From Mytilus trossulus (taxonomy: Eukaryota): a stretch of DNA of 64,000 bases. Below are positions 30,101 to 40,660 of this stretch, one piece after another. Every line of letters begins with the position of its first letter. The stretch's first letter is position 1. The stretch lies in contig NC_086374.1 in the NCBI RefSeq assembly GCF_036588685.1, positions 103,044,001-103,108,000 on the forward strand, read 5' to 3'. The notes under the pieces are model-generated. The model saw nothing but the letters and a program-made list of their open reading frames with translations, was not told where the DNA came from and made no database searches. A program made the position numbers and the translations under genes.

Positions 30101-33100
30101 CTTCGACCTATACAAATACTATATTTGTCCTATTAAAATCGAAACAATTCCTTCATGTCATGCTCTATGCTCATTTTAACATGGGTAGCCATTACATTTG
30201 ACCACATTTTACACCTGGCTAACGGTCAGGGTAAAATATCGACAAGTATAATGCCTACCCATGTTAAAATGAGCATAGAGTATGACATGAAGGAATTATT
30301 TCTTAATAAACAGACTTTTTAAATATTTTAGTAAGGTCAATTTCACAATTTCGAATTTCTAAAACGGTTATTTAATTGGATAGGCATAAGACATGAAAAC
30401 ATTGCTTGTTAGCGGTTTTGCATATTTATTCATCTCACTCAAAATATAATGAATTATTTATCGAAATGTAATAGAAACTTGACACAGTCAGATATCGATA
30501 TTGATATTTCTTTTTTTACAAAAATGAGGCCGTTAGTTTTCTCGTTTGAATTATTTTACATTGTTTTATCGGGGCCTTTTATAGCTAACTATGCGGCATG
30601 GGCTTTGTTCATTGTTGAAAGCAGTACGGTTACCTATAGTTTTTAATGTTTGTGTCATTTTGGTGTTTTGTGGATAGTTGTCTCATTGGCAATCATACCA
30701 CATCTCCTTTTTTATATAGTGACCATGAAAATAATGTCACTGTCTTTCATATCTCATTGCACTTAATAGTTGTTAATTACCTCTTTAATCATAATCTAAA
30801 CAAACTGGTATATAGACATGCCGTATTATTTATAAATCAAATTCAGAATATTCTATATCTTATTCAAAAGCGTACGAAAATATCAAAATAATTGTATGTG
30901 ATAGAGTCAATGGGAATATAAGAGCAACATTTGCTAATGTAAAATAGCATAATTATGTTCATTTGATATTTGTAGGAGTTTTTCACAGTAAATAATGACG
31001 GTGTGATATCGTTAGCATATCAGTTAGATTCCTCATTAGGGAGCGATAATATGGTTAAAATAAATTTAACAGTAATAGCTAAAGACAATGGTATTATTCC
31101 AAAAAGCAGGTAACTATAAGATGTAGTTTATAAGATTTGGACAGGCCATTCTTTTAAATATGAATATTGTAGACGTTGGTAAATTTATACAAGTTTTAAA
31201 CTATTTCAAGAACTCGTATAATTATTACCTTTATTGGTTTTACCGATTGTGCCCTATTCTAGATTGTGAACTCGAATGACGATTGATGCACGCTTTACAG
31301 AAGATGTTTACCCTATCCACGCACTCACTTCACTCATTTAGAGTTCACATTCACTTAGAGTCCATGCAAATCTCTCAGAATTTCCTTATTATTTAGATTT
31401 TCCTTTCCCTTTCGATTAACAGACACTGAAGACCGTAAATAGAGGCAACAGTAGTATATCGCTGTTCCAACTCATAAATCCAATGACAAAAAATAAAATT
31501 GGGGTAACAAACTAAAACCGAGGGAAACGCATTAAATATAAGAGAAGAACAACGACACAACACTAAAATGTAACACACACAGAAACGGACCAAGCATGAG
31601 ACAAAATTCCACGAGAATAACAAATATAACATCAAAACCAAATACATGAATTTGGGATAGACAAGCACCGTGACATGTCTTATCGCAATGTAAATTTACA
31701 CTCAAAAATTCTAATCTACTTTTGTCGTAATTGACGTATTTAGATTATCTTTTCAACGATCGTTTTTCCTGAATTCTCAAATGAAAAGGATTATGTTGGA
31801 TATGTTGTGGAAACATAAGAACTGGTTAAATGATATGACTTATTTTTTTTCACTGAACCGAAGGAACGTTGCAATACTATTTCAGTTGACAAGTATATAT
31901 ATCTACGACACATATAACTGATTTTAAAAAACAATTTTGCATTTTATAAAGTTTGATAAAAGAATCGTGTCAAAAGGTTTGTGAGTGTTTGCAAGCACGA
32001 ATATCGTAACCATTTGGAATGTAGTTATTAGTTATTAAACCATAACTTTTTTTAACATTGAAGAAACGTAAATTATTCAATCAAACACTTCCCACATTTT
32101 GGGTTCAAACAAGATGTTCAGAAACAATTAGCATTTGTACATCATAAAGAGAAAAAAAGTGACGTTTGCATACACTTTACCAATCGTGAAGTGAAAATAC
32201 TTGGTAGCAAGGTGAGTTTGACAAACTATATCGTTATACATATATATTGACAAAGGAATAAACCAAAATTAAACTTCTTTTTCAGTACAACCACAGTACA
32301 AATACAAATTAGTGGCGAGAATCCCGGAGTTTGTATACAAGGTGCAGCACATTCTAAAGAAACAAAAGAATTGGAAGACGAACGGCAAAATTGGTCTATT
32401 GCTGTTTATGCACTTGTTGGTCTTCTTTGTATATCCCTCGTAGCGTCATTCTTTTTTGTGTTTAAGTAAGTATTTTGTCTGCATTACGTTGAGAATTCAA
32501 TTTTTAACTTAAAAATCCTGAAATTACAGGAATGTACTAAAACGTACTGTTCATGAATAACTAGCGAGGAGCATGATAAAGGATGAGAGATTAGCTTGTT
32601 CCTGATTTCACCCTTAAAATGAATATTAAAAAACAGGACAATTGAATATATAACAAACATTGGATTGTTTACATATTCTTCCTATGCATAGTAAAAGAGA
32701 GACGAAAGATACCAAAGGGACAGTCAAACTCATAAATCTAAAACAAACTGACAACGCCATGGCTAAAGATGAAAAAGATTAACAGACAAACAATAGTACA
32801 CATGACACAACATAGAAAACTAAAGAATAAACAACACGAACCCCACAAAAAAATAGGGGTGATCTCAGGTGCTTCGGAAGGGTAAGCAGAGCTACACTAA
32901 CCTACATTTCCCGTCGATAATCTTGTAACACTTTAACACTGAAATGTAATTTGTTGTATCACTATCGTCGTTTATATATTTATTTCAATCGTAAATGTAA
33001 TTTTACACAACATGTGAAAGCAAATATCTGATATCGGCACTAGCTTACACAAAGGGGTAGTTTCAACACATTAACATCTTTTTTCAAGAAATCTCGTAGA

Positions 33101-36100
33101 AAAACATCGTTTTAGAAGGTAGAATACAAGGAAATTTGAACTACAAACATCTAAATTTACAAGAATTGCCTGAAAACTTATTACTTAGTATGAATGAAAA
33201 TATCAAAATATCAGCTATTTTTTAAAGTGCTGTTTTTCTTCAGTTTTGCATATAAAAAAGTTTGAAGTCCTATAGAAAAAAAACGTTAAGACAAAGATGA
33301 TTGATAGAAATGTTTACATCTAACGTTTGGATATTAACAAGAGTCTTTTATTGAGAAAAAAAAAGAAACGCCGTTTTGTAGTTAATCTTTTGAGACCTTT
33401 CATTGTCCAATGCATAAAAATATATAATTTTAATTCTAATTTTTAGGGTATGCATACTTATCATGCTTATTCCCAGTGATTTAATTTTGTATTACATTTG
33501 TCAAGATAAAGTTCTCGTTCAATTGATTTGAATTTACAGATGGCGAACATCTGCACCTGCCAAAAGTACAACGGAAGAGAGTAACAAGAAGGCATATTTT
33601 AGTCCGGAATATGACGAACTTGCAGCAAGAAGGAAAACTGTAGAATATTCGCAATCAAATGAAGCTTTTGAACCTCCAAGAAAAGATATAAACTTTACAG
33701 ATCAAGATCCTTATCAAAAAGTAAGTAAACCCGTTTTATTGTGGTCTGTTGTAAAAATCGGTTAGTGCTTACAAGAAGCTTCAGTAAATTATAACAACAA
33801 AAATATACATAAATGTAGAAACTTTCAGCTATGGATTATGCAGTCACTTAAACATTACTTCTGGATTAATCATGTTCATCCCTACGTTTTCGGTGTTTTT
33901 ATAACAAGAAAATTAACAAACAAGAGGAATGTTTGAAAAACTGAAAGCTTATATTTTAATGGCAGCACCAAATGATTGTTTTATTCATATAAATCCAGAC
34001 TAAAAAGGAAAGGCTATTTATATTTTTATGTTCTTTATTGCCGAATGTGACATGGTGAAGATCATTTAATCTTTATGAGTGTTCGTTTGAGTTTGTGCTT
34101 TTCATGATTCGAAGTTTGATAAAAATCAAATGTATAGAAGAAAAAAATGATAAATAAAGGCAACAGTAGATTATCGCTGTTCGAAATTCTTAAATCGATT
34201 GAGATAAAACAAATTAAATCCGGGTTACAAACTAAAATCGAGGGAAACACATAACTCTTCCAACAAGATAATTTCAATATTAGGAGAAGCGAGCAGTTCC
34301 ATAGACCAAGATCTAAATGTACAAAAACATGAAACGGTTATAATAATCACATCTATTAGATTTAGTAAAAACTGGGTTTTTTTAAATGATTACAATGGGA
34401 GACAATTTAACGTTGTCTTGGTTGACTTTTCAAAATTATGCAAACGTTTTTAAAAAAGCAACAATGGTTATAAAAACTGATTGAAATATATTTTTGGTTT
34501 CAAATTGGAAAATAGTTCAAATTGCATAAATTATATAATAACTATCCTATTTATCACAAAGTCGAAGACGATTCTATATTTGATTTGTTCTTGCTATCAA
34601 GGTTATAGTATTGTATGATTTATAATGCAGGCACTAACATATTGTAGATAATCGACATGGTCTAGTAAATGCAATATTATCATGTTAGAGTAAAGTTTTA
34701 TAAAATTCTTCAATTATATACATTCAATTATTCATTAGACCGATGAATTAGAAGGCTAAGTTGAAGGTAAACATAAGTACACTGCTTCTATATATGTAAT
34801 GAGATCTATCATTACCATACAAATATATATATATTGTAATATGTGGGTTACTTCAGTATATATATATATTGTAATATGTGGGTTACTTCAGTAATATATT
34901 GATCTCATACCAAACATGACGATTTACACTTTATATCAATCTTGAAGAGATAATTTGATTAGTAAATTTATTTAGCGTCATTTTAAGATTGGAGACGAAC
35001 ACACCTAGCCCGTGCGTGATTTCAACTCACAGCCTCTGTGTTGACTGGGTCACCAAAGCCCCTATTTATGTTGGAATGATAGTGACAGATTAATCATTTT
35101 CCTAACTAAGTAAATAAGCCTGTTATTAAAATAATTAAGATTTTTGGAAGTATCCAGCTTTCCGTTATTAAGTCTGTTAAGTTATTTATTGTTAACGATG
35201 CATTAATTCATAGATGGATACTAAATTTGATTTTAGATTAGTGAAAATACTTTGGATATATAAAATGTTGAGTGAGTATGGTATCTGAATTTCATGCAAC
35301 ACAAATGAAATTCAGAGATTTGTCGAAATGTTGTATTACTGCACTGATAAATAACAAAGCAAACCGATTTTACGTTTCTTAAATAGTTTCAAGAAATTGT
35401 TAATTGAAATACTTTAAACTGACATCACTCAGTTATCTAAAACAAACTTGTTAAATGTTCAGTAATAACATGATGCGACATTGAGTTTATTTTGTATAGC
35501 CTTTTCCCAAGACTTTTCTACTGCATCACTCACCAGATTAGACCAATATAATCTTGTTCAATTTGTTTTCTCTGCTGGAAAACAGTTACGCATACAGCAA
35601 GCAGATAAGGGAAAGGGCTAAGCGAGGACTCCTGTTCTAGTGACAGCATTTTACAACACTTTTAGTTAAAAGATGCTTTAAACGAAATGTCCGCTTCAAA
35701 ACAACATTTTCTTTAATGCTTTCAACCCTCAAGCCTCTTTACAAAGTACTCATGATTAGAAACATAACTCTGCATGAAAAAAAAGCACAATAAGTGTGTA
35801 TCCTGCTTTTATACCTTGCAATTATTTTCCTTTGTGAAGTTCTTGTTGTTTTTTGAAGAGATATCATTCACAGAAAATTCCCTTCAATTTTGATTTGATA
35901 TCTATGTATAACTGCCAAACTGTGTGTGAATACCTTGATTTATACCTTGGCTGTTTCTTCTTCAAAGCTATATAGTGCATAAATATGATAGAGTTACACT
36001 TTTCCCATTCAAAAATAAAAGTGATATGTGAATTTGATGTTACTTTAGGCTAGGTCAATACTATAGTACGATTAAAACTTTCTAATTATTTTTTTTCTAC

Positions 36101-37742
36101 CGTTATGAAAGTCTTTCATAAACACCTTGATTATGATATAACTCAATCAAACATTTATATAAAGCATAACATTGCATTAAAAAGTCATTAAACGACAGGT
36201 AGTTATTGCTTTTTTCAGACATAATAGATTTTATTAATGATATTTCAGATAGATTGCTAAAATGATAGTATAATATTCGATTTCAAAATTAGAAATATGA
36301 TTTTCTCTGTCACAAATGTGCATTACAAACTCCTTATTATAATGTTGCTTTATTAAGTCACTGATTTAGACGAACCATTGCATGTGTAAGAAATTACAAG
36401 CTTGATAGTAATTGCTTTTGTTCAGACGTTATACAGCTTGAATATTGATACCTATCACATTTTGTACTGGAAAAGATGATTATACAACTTCGAAATTATA
36501 AAAAAAGAAATATCTGTGTTTGGAGATTTTTGGCTTTTTGTTTCAATTTTTTAAAGTTTAATTCAAATGTGTGTTTTAAAGATAAATTAGGCGTTGTTAT
36601 ATTATACAGTTTCATTACGTACCATGTTATCCTTACGCATTTTGAATTTTCTTCTGCCTTATACGTCTTATTTCTAATCTCTTCGCCAAATTGAAGCTTT
36701 AGTGCCTGCAATTAGTTTAAAAGTTGTTATTTGTACAGATTATTTTACGACTCTTTATAGAAAGCAGTTACAGTGTAACCTGTCTAATCCGACACCTGAG
36801 TATTCAAACATTCTGATTTAACTATAAATACAGTGTAACCTGCCTAATCCGACACCTGAATTTTCAAACATCCTGATTTAACCAACAACATCATCATACC
36901 TTTCCTTTAAAAAAAAAACCCTGAGAATTCAGACATACAACTTAATCAGACATTTTTTTCTTGGTCCCTCGGTGTGTCGGATAAAACCGGTTACACTTTA
37001 CTTGTATTAGCCAATGACGATTATATATTGGTACTACATTGGTTAGCCATTCTTTGTTTAATAATTCATTTTCCTATATATCATTTTCAGCCTTATGCAC
37101 AAGCAGGAGGAGCAAGGTTAGTGTATTAATAATTATCACATTCGTCTTATGGTAGTTCGTCTGATGGTAGTGAGTTAAAAAACATATCATAGTGCTACAG
37201 ATATACATACATATAAAATATTACTTTATCAAAATTCACTCGTCAAAGACACCAAGCATATAATTCGTCAAGTCAGACTAGCGTTCTGTTTACATATGAC
37301 TCATTAAGGGCGCTCGATTTAAGTAAGATTTTGAATAATTGGAAGTTGCAAAACGTTCAAAAGGCTTCTCTGAAATGTGAAAACACACTTGGAATGCTGA
37401 ACTTTATTTATTTATAATCAACTACTTCAAACCTTTTATGGCGACTTCAAACTAGTGTCTGTAAAATATTTGAAGTTTCCAAACAGTCAATGTTCATCTA
37501 AAAATGTATGTTATTTCAATTTATGATCTGACTGAGTTGAATGTGTATAAATTTTCCATTTAAAACAAAATGTTTTTTTTTTTATTTTCAGTTTCAAGAC
37601 GTCGCCTTACGATGAACCGATACCAGATTTAAAAGCATCGTCAGATGAACCTAAACCAGATTATCCTGTTTATGATTGGGAAACAAAAGCAACTAAAGTT
37701 CTACCACCTGTAGTGCCTTCATCATTTGGATCATCATCATGA
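1975..37742 (+). CDS. Cadherin gene 1 (5'-partial): Fat/protocadherin-like non-classical cadherin, 24 exons in window, ~16 EC repeats + TM + cytoplasmic tail
   Basis: join(1975-3167,3901-4008,5657-5770,6399-6498,7455-7614,9699-10121,12816-13028,14060-14612,17327-17510,18184-18293,18968-19120,20336-20432,22254-22562,23533-23684,24241-24418,25714-25940,27765-27959,28637-28751,29329-29456,30976-31109,32286-32465,33540-33720,37091-37116,37592-37742). All introns are GT-AG, phases chain without frameshift (5384 nt, start phase 1), and the model ends at TGA 37740-37742. Repeated DxD, LDRE/LDYE and DxNDN motifs. Confidence 0.9.
3901..4008 (+). CDS. Gene 1 exon b (GQVKNVRDFDREM...KCSLV)
   Basis: FDRE motif; ag/gt boundaries; paralogous to 59609-59710. 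Confidence 0.88.
4182..4978 (-). mobile_element. 5'-truncated Penelope-like retroelement (RT C-terminal half + 3' UTR), family C
   Basis: FRYIDD...SASYLDL...YDKRDDFSFPIVNFPFLSSNIP; no endonuclease after the RT; internal deletion near 4465. Confidence 0.85.
5657..5770 (+). CDS. Gene 1 exon c (VIGEITITVTDQNDEPPVF...)
   Basis: DxNDE linker; paralogous to 62959-63072, same length. Confidence 0.88.
6399..6498 (+). CDS. Gene 1 exon d (VVPEISTTDKD...FAIDSFT)
   Basis: DxD motif; phase 0 to 1. Confidence 0.85.
7455..7614 (+). CDS. Gene 1 exon e (LDRET...LDKNDNTPQF)
   Basis: Canonical cadherin motifs; phase 1 to 2. Confidence 0.9.
8223..9040 (-). mobile_element. Repeat family D (twister-bearing, with ORF C-terminal remnant); copies at 15842-16363, 23980-24149, 38992-39620, 51415-51482, 61988-62470 (all +)
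   Basis: Shared 3' end ...cacattccccatttccattctcaatttt; variable 5' truncation. Confidence 0.8.
8461..8550 (-). ncRNA. Predicted twister ribozyme (family D), L4 variant UCCAAAGU
   Basis: Same fold as 16040-16130 with one pseudoknot mismatch. Confidence 0.65.
9699..10121 (+). CDS. Gene 1 exon f (EC7 and start of EC8)
   Basis: ATDIDEG, LDRET, LDVNDNPPVF. Confidence 0.92.
10745..11608 (+). mobile_element. HINE/DINE-1-like (Helentron-associated) non-autonomous element interrupted by a family A insertion
   Basis: T-rich flank, subterminal IR (agcccctgc / gcggcgggggtat), (GTCC)n microsatellite 10788-10860, two ~168-bp tandem units, 3' hairpin then ...cttgtt. Confidence 0.7.
11417..11520 (-). ncRNA. 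Predicted type-P5 twister ribozyme (family A)
   Basis: Reverse complement of 271-374. Confidence 0.8.
12025..12543. mobile_element. MITE with GG...CC termini (Kolobok-like)
   Basis: TIR ggacaaggtacgataaggcc / ggccttatcgtttcttgtcc; TSD degenerate. Confidence 0.6.
12816..13028 (+). CDS. Gene 1 exon g
   Basis: LDYED, AQDNGFP, DINDNAPIF. Confidence 0.92.
13218..13510 (-). mobile_element. Repeat family B (3' end ...aacagcggtatactactgttgccttta); copies at 19733-19843, 31438-31708, 34154-34253
   Basis: Common end; this copy is flanked by a GTTGAAGA duplication. Confidence 0.75.
14060..14612 (+). CDS. Gene 1 exon h (EC9-EC10)
   Basis: TDEDSGENG, VDRET; tacag acceptor and TTA|gtaag donor. Confidence 0.92.
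16040..16130 (+). ncRNA. Predicted type-P5 twister ribozyme (family D)
   Basis: GGUUAGAGG..GGGG-GA-GGG...AA-CCCC-GC-CGCA/UGCG-CCUG-UCCCAAGU-CAGG-A-UCCUCUGGCC. Confidence 0.8.
17327..17510 (+). CDS. Gene 1 exon i
   Basis: DENDNKPTF, ARDNDIGDNA. Confidence 0.9.
18184..18293 (+). CDS. Gene 1 exon j (alternative in-frame acceptor at 18172 possible)
   Basis: ...SKKVDYEVLKKCVFSIE; needed to complete EC11. Confidence 0.8.
18968..19120 (+). CDS. Gene 1 exon k
   Basis: ILDYNDNSPVF. Confidence 0.9.
20336..20432 (+). CDS. Gene 1 exon l
   Basis: VKDADSGANG. Confidence 0.87.
22254..22562 (+). CDS. Gene 1 exon m
   Basis: IDYES, DVNDNRP, ASDADSGENG. Confidence 0.9.
22897..22940 (-). ncRNA. Minimal type I hammerhead ribozyme (intact core)
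   Basis: GCGUCA-CUGAUGA-GUCU(UAUGU)AGAC-GAAA-CGCGC-GUC|UGGCGU. Confidence 0.9.
23533..23684 (+). CDS. Gene 1 exon n
   Basis: FAIDENTGRITL...VSDKG. Confidence 0.88.
24241..24418 (+). CDS. Gene 1 exon o
   Basis: VTIHILDENPRPYF...; phase 0 to 1. Confidence 0.85.
24859..25637. mobile_element. Foldback MITE with TTAA TSD and GG...CC ends (Kolobok-like)
   Basis: TTAA-ggtcaag...cttgacc-TTAA; imperfect inverted arms of ~300 bp. Confidence 0.8.
25714..25940 (+). CDS. Gene 1 exon p
   Basis: LDREG, ATDKG, DINDQSPAF. Confidence 0.9.
26620..27245. mobile_element. Two family C 3'-UTR fragments tail to tail (26620-26896 +, 27029-27245 -); others at 16424-16720 +, 17932-18035 -, 22020-22230 +, 32693-32890 -
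   Basis: Direct similarity to 4182-4460. Confidence 0.8.
27280..27323 (-). ncRNA. Minimal type I hammerhead ribozyme (CUGAAGA core, AUC site)
   Basis: GCAUCA-CUGAAGA-GACA(UGAAU)UGUC-GAAA-UGCGC-AUC|UGGUGC. Confidence 0.9.
27630..27673 (-). ncRNA. Minimal type I hammerhead ribozyme, tandem copy 350 nt away
   Basis: Identical core; one stem I mismatch. Confidence 0.87.
27765..27959 (+). CDS. Gene 1 exon q
   Basis: NAPEGTTVGTVTAIDPD. Confidence 0.88.
28637..28751 (+). CDS. Gene 1 exon r
   Basis: AQDG...YNNKHAPVF. Confidence 0.85.
28924..29098. repeat. ~175-bp palindrome centred on GCGAAGC
   Basis: Arms are reverse complements with few mismatches. Confidence 0.8.
29329..29456 (+). CDS. Gene 1 exon s
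   Basis: NATDADSGRNSDVSYSI. Confidence 0.88.
29592..29635 (+). ncRNA. Hammerhead ribozyme with mutated core (CUGUUGA), probably inactive
   Basis: Otherwise the same as 22897-22940; partial second copy at ~29716-29762. Confidence 0.7.
30141..30302. repeat. ~160-bp palindrome
   Basis: aattccttcatgtcatgctctatgctcattttaacatgggtag and its reverse complement. Confidence 0.8.
30976..31109 (+). CDS. Gene 1 exon t
   Basis: FTVNNDGVISL...AKDNGIIP. Confidence 0.88.
32286..32465 (+). CDS. Gene 1 transmembrane exon
   Basis: WSIAVYALVGLLCISLVASFFFVF followed by KWR; phase 2-2. Confidence 0.88.
33540..33720 (+). CDS. Gene 1 cytoplasmic exon 1
   Basis: WRTSAPAK...SPEYDEL...SNEAFEP...DPYQK|gtaag. Confidence 0.82.
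34823..34893. repeat. Short tandem duplication (atatatattgtaatatgtgggttacttcagta x2)
   Basis: Directly visible. Confidence 0.8.
36771..36998. mobile_element. Tc1/mariner-type MITE with duplicated left end
   Basis: TA-cagtgtaacctgtctaatccgacac twice, 60 bp apart; inverted end gtgtcggataaaaccggttacactt-TA. Confidence 0.6.
37091..37116 (+). CDS. Gene 1 26-nt microexon (PYAQAGGA)
   Basis: ttttcag acceptor and gttag donor; supplies the phase 0 to 2 shift needed to read the last exon open. Confidence 0.7.
37592..37742 (+). CDS. Gene 1 terminal coding exon (...SPYDEPIPDL...PKPDYPVYDWE...SFGSSS*)
   Basis: Strong polypyrimidine acceptor; open frame to TGA. Confidence 0.78.
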
Positions 37743-37858
37743 TACTGCTCATCCAATAACTGAAATGAGATTAAATTATCGTATCTGACATAGTGTAGAT
37801 TATGATAAGGGACATAACTCTTGACCACCAACGATGCGTTTGTGTAAACCATGTTTAA

Positions 37859-38426
37859 AATAAATTCTATTATTCTTAGTAACAAAGATTATTTTAGATC
37901 AGGGTAACAAGAATGCTTAAAATATCATTGATGAAACTGACTATTTTTAACACATTATTACAACTTCCAAGCAAAGACCGACGCTCATATATTCGGTAAT
38001 CAAACGCAGGACGTCGGGAAAGTTCGGAGAGCCGACAACCTGTCTTCGGAAGTTGTCATTATTGATGTATAGAGTTACGTCCCTTTATCGTTGTCTTCAT
38101 CCTTCATTTCTCCTCAATTTGGTACCTTCATTCATTATCATCCTTAAAAATCAGAATTAGAATGTCATATATTTATATTATTCATATTTCGCACATTTAT
38201 ATAATGCACAATGATATTATTTTTTGATATGATGCCAATTTGGTTCTACTTTATCACATCATTTTTTTTTATTGCATTTCAGATTGTTAGAATCAAATTG
38301 TTCATCAGATATTGTACACTAATATACTTTATGTAGAATTTAGCATCATCATTTATTTCGAGTGTAGAGTTAAAATGAAATTGTAGTTAAATTCAGTATT
38401 ATGTTATGTTCTTTCTTGAAAATAAA
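37859..38426 (+). terminator. Candidate polyadenylation signals (AATAAA at 37859 and 38421) of gene 1
   Basis: Hexamers downstream of the stop codon; AT-rich background makes them weak evidence. Confidence 0.3.
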
Positions 38427-39278
38427 ATAATAATATGGATATTTTAGAATGAATTAGTCTAAATATTTGCGTTAACTCGATGAGATATGTTATAGGAGCC
38501 CAAACATCTGAGTTTTTGGTAAGGGGCGACATCAAAAGATTGATGTAGGATAAAGAAAAAACTTAAATCAAGTAGTTAAGGGGGAGGGGGTAAAATTCTG
38601 CAACACCCAAATCACCAAAGGTCTAGTAGTTTGCCAAAACAACAATAACATCATATGCCTTCGTATATATTTCTTAACATAAGCTGACAATATGTAGCAA
38701 GTCCAATCTGTGGAGCGTTAGTTAAAGGATGACTGTTAATTTTTCTATGAACAAATTCATGGTTAAAAAAAATATCAAACAAACAACTATATGCATGAAA
38801 AACATAAACTATCGAAACTCATTAAAGGTTTGTTACTTCGAAAAACAAAATGTATACCTCCTTTCATACTATTGTTCGATAAGCAGACATGAGATACCCA
38901 TAAGTCATTACACCGAGTACGTGACAACATCACAAGATTTTAGAAAATAATGAAATACAGAACCCTCATTATCCGGACCTCCAGTAATAGACACATGACA
39001 CGGGTTATGTTCTTTTCATATATGTTATGATGGTATGATACTAAACCCCTAACGGAAAGGATTGTGCCTGATATGCATATGACGAAATGATAATCTTTCA
39101 GTCAGTTTAATTGAGGTCTGGAGCTGGCTTGTCAGTTAACTGCTAGTAGTCTATCGTTATTTATGTATACTTGTCATTTTGTTTACTTTCTTTGGTTACA
39201 TCTTCTGCCATCAGACTCGGACTTCTCTTGAATTGTATTTTAAATGTGCGTATTGCTATGCGTTTACTTTTCTACATT

Positions 39279-39369
39279 GGCTAGAGGTAAAGGGGGAGGG
39301 TTGAGATATCATAAACATGTTTAACCCCGCCGCATTTTTGCGCCTGTCCCATGTCAGGAGCCTCTGGCC
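39279..39369 (+). ncRNA. Predicted twister ribozyme (family D), L4 variant UCCCAUGU
   Basis: Same fold as 16040-16130. Confidence 0.7.
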
Positions 39370-40229
39370 TTTGTTAGTCGTGTATTATTTTAATTGGTGA
39401 ACCTTTTAATTTTAGTTTCTGGTGTACAATTTGGAAATTAGTATGGCGTTCATTATCACTGAACTAGTATATATTTGTTAAGGGGCCAGCTGAAAGACGC
39501 CTCCGGGTGCGGGAACTTCTCGTTACATTGAAGACCTGTTGGTGACCTTCTGCTGTTGTTTTAGCTATGGTCGGGTTGTTGTCTCTATGACACATTCCCC
39601 ATTTCAATTCTCAATTTTATTTGACATGAATATTAAATAGATTATGAAATGTGACATGATTGCCAATGAGACGAATATCCATCAAAATTCATATGAAGTG
39701 AACGTTAGCAATAATAAGCAACCAAATCGTCTTTAACTGTCAGACAACCTATAAAAAAAAATATTTAATATAAATTTAAAAGTTCCAACAAAAAGATATT
39801 AAACAATTCAATTGAAAAAACTAACGGCATAATTAAAAACAAAATATACGAAAAAAAATAATGAAATAGACATAAACTTACGACAACCCCTAAAATGCAA
39901 ACCCCTGACTTAGAACAGGCACCTGAATGTGGTGGAGTTAGACATGTTTGAAGGCGTCAACCCTCAGATAATCTGGCGGAGTGATGTTGGTTCCTTGGTT
40001 TTGTTATGTGATATGATTGATATATGTCTGTGATGGTAAATGACAGAGTACATGTATCTGTATTATATGTCCTAGTGCATCTACCTTTGTTCGATGTTCA
40101 GTTTGTCCATATTACTTGATGGATACGACAAGGTGTTAAAAAAACCTGTTTTAAATGAACTTACGATCAGATGTAGTAATTGCGCTACATAGAAATCAAT
40201 TATATTTAATTTAATAATGTCCACTTTTA

Positions 40230-40660
40230 TTTTTTTGTCTCTTTGATGAGTTAAGCCTTTTTCAACGGATTTTTATAGTTCGTTCTTATGTTGTACTGTT
40301 ATACCACTATCCCAGGTTAGGGGAGGGTTGGGATCCCGCTTACATGTTTAACCCCGCCACATTATTTATGTATGTGCCTGTCCCAAGTCAGCAGACTGTA
40401 ATTCAGTGGTTGTCGTTTGTTTATGTGTTACATATTTTTTTTCGTTCATTTTTTTTACATAAATAAGGACGTTAGTTTTCTCGCTTGAATTGTTTTACAT
40501 TGTCTTATCGGGGCCTTTCATAGCTGACTATATGCGGTATGGGCTTTGCTCATTGTTGAAGGCCGTACGGTGACCTATATTTGTTAATGTTTGTGTCATT
40601 TTGGTCTTTTGTGGATAGTTGTCTCATTGGCAATCATACCACATCTTCTTTTTTTTTTTT
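40230..40660 (+). mobile_element. Repeat family A2 (twister-bearing, 3' end ...ggcaatcataccacatcttc); copies at 7760-8020 -, 19265-19518 -, 30525-30715, 44435-44757, 51587-51950, 59213-59385, 63703-64000
   Basis: Many similar copies with a common 3' end. Confidence 0.8.
40303..40411 (+). ncRNA. Predicted twister ribozyme (family A2), P4 mismatch
   Basis: ACCACU..CAGGU-UA-GGGGAGGG...UAACCCCGC-CACAU/AUGUG-CCUGUCCCAAGUCAGC...AGUGGU; more decayed copies at ~44455-44562 and ~51587-51706. Confidence 0.68.

Noticed and set aside
37716-37739. WIRS motif (PSSFGS) or PDZ ligand in the tail
   Set aside because: Lacks the bulky hydrophobic first residue; C-terminus SSS is not a PDZ consensus
1975-37742. 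Gene symbol FAT4, CDH23 or DCHS
   Set aside because: EC count, absence of LamG/EGF and the tail do not support orthology
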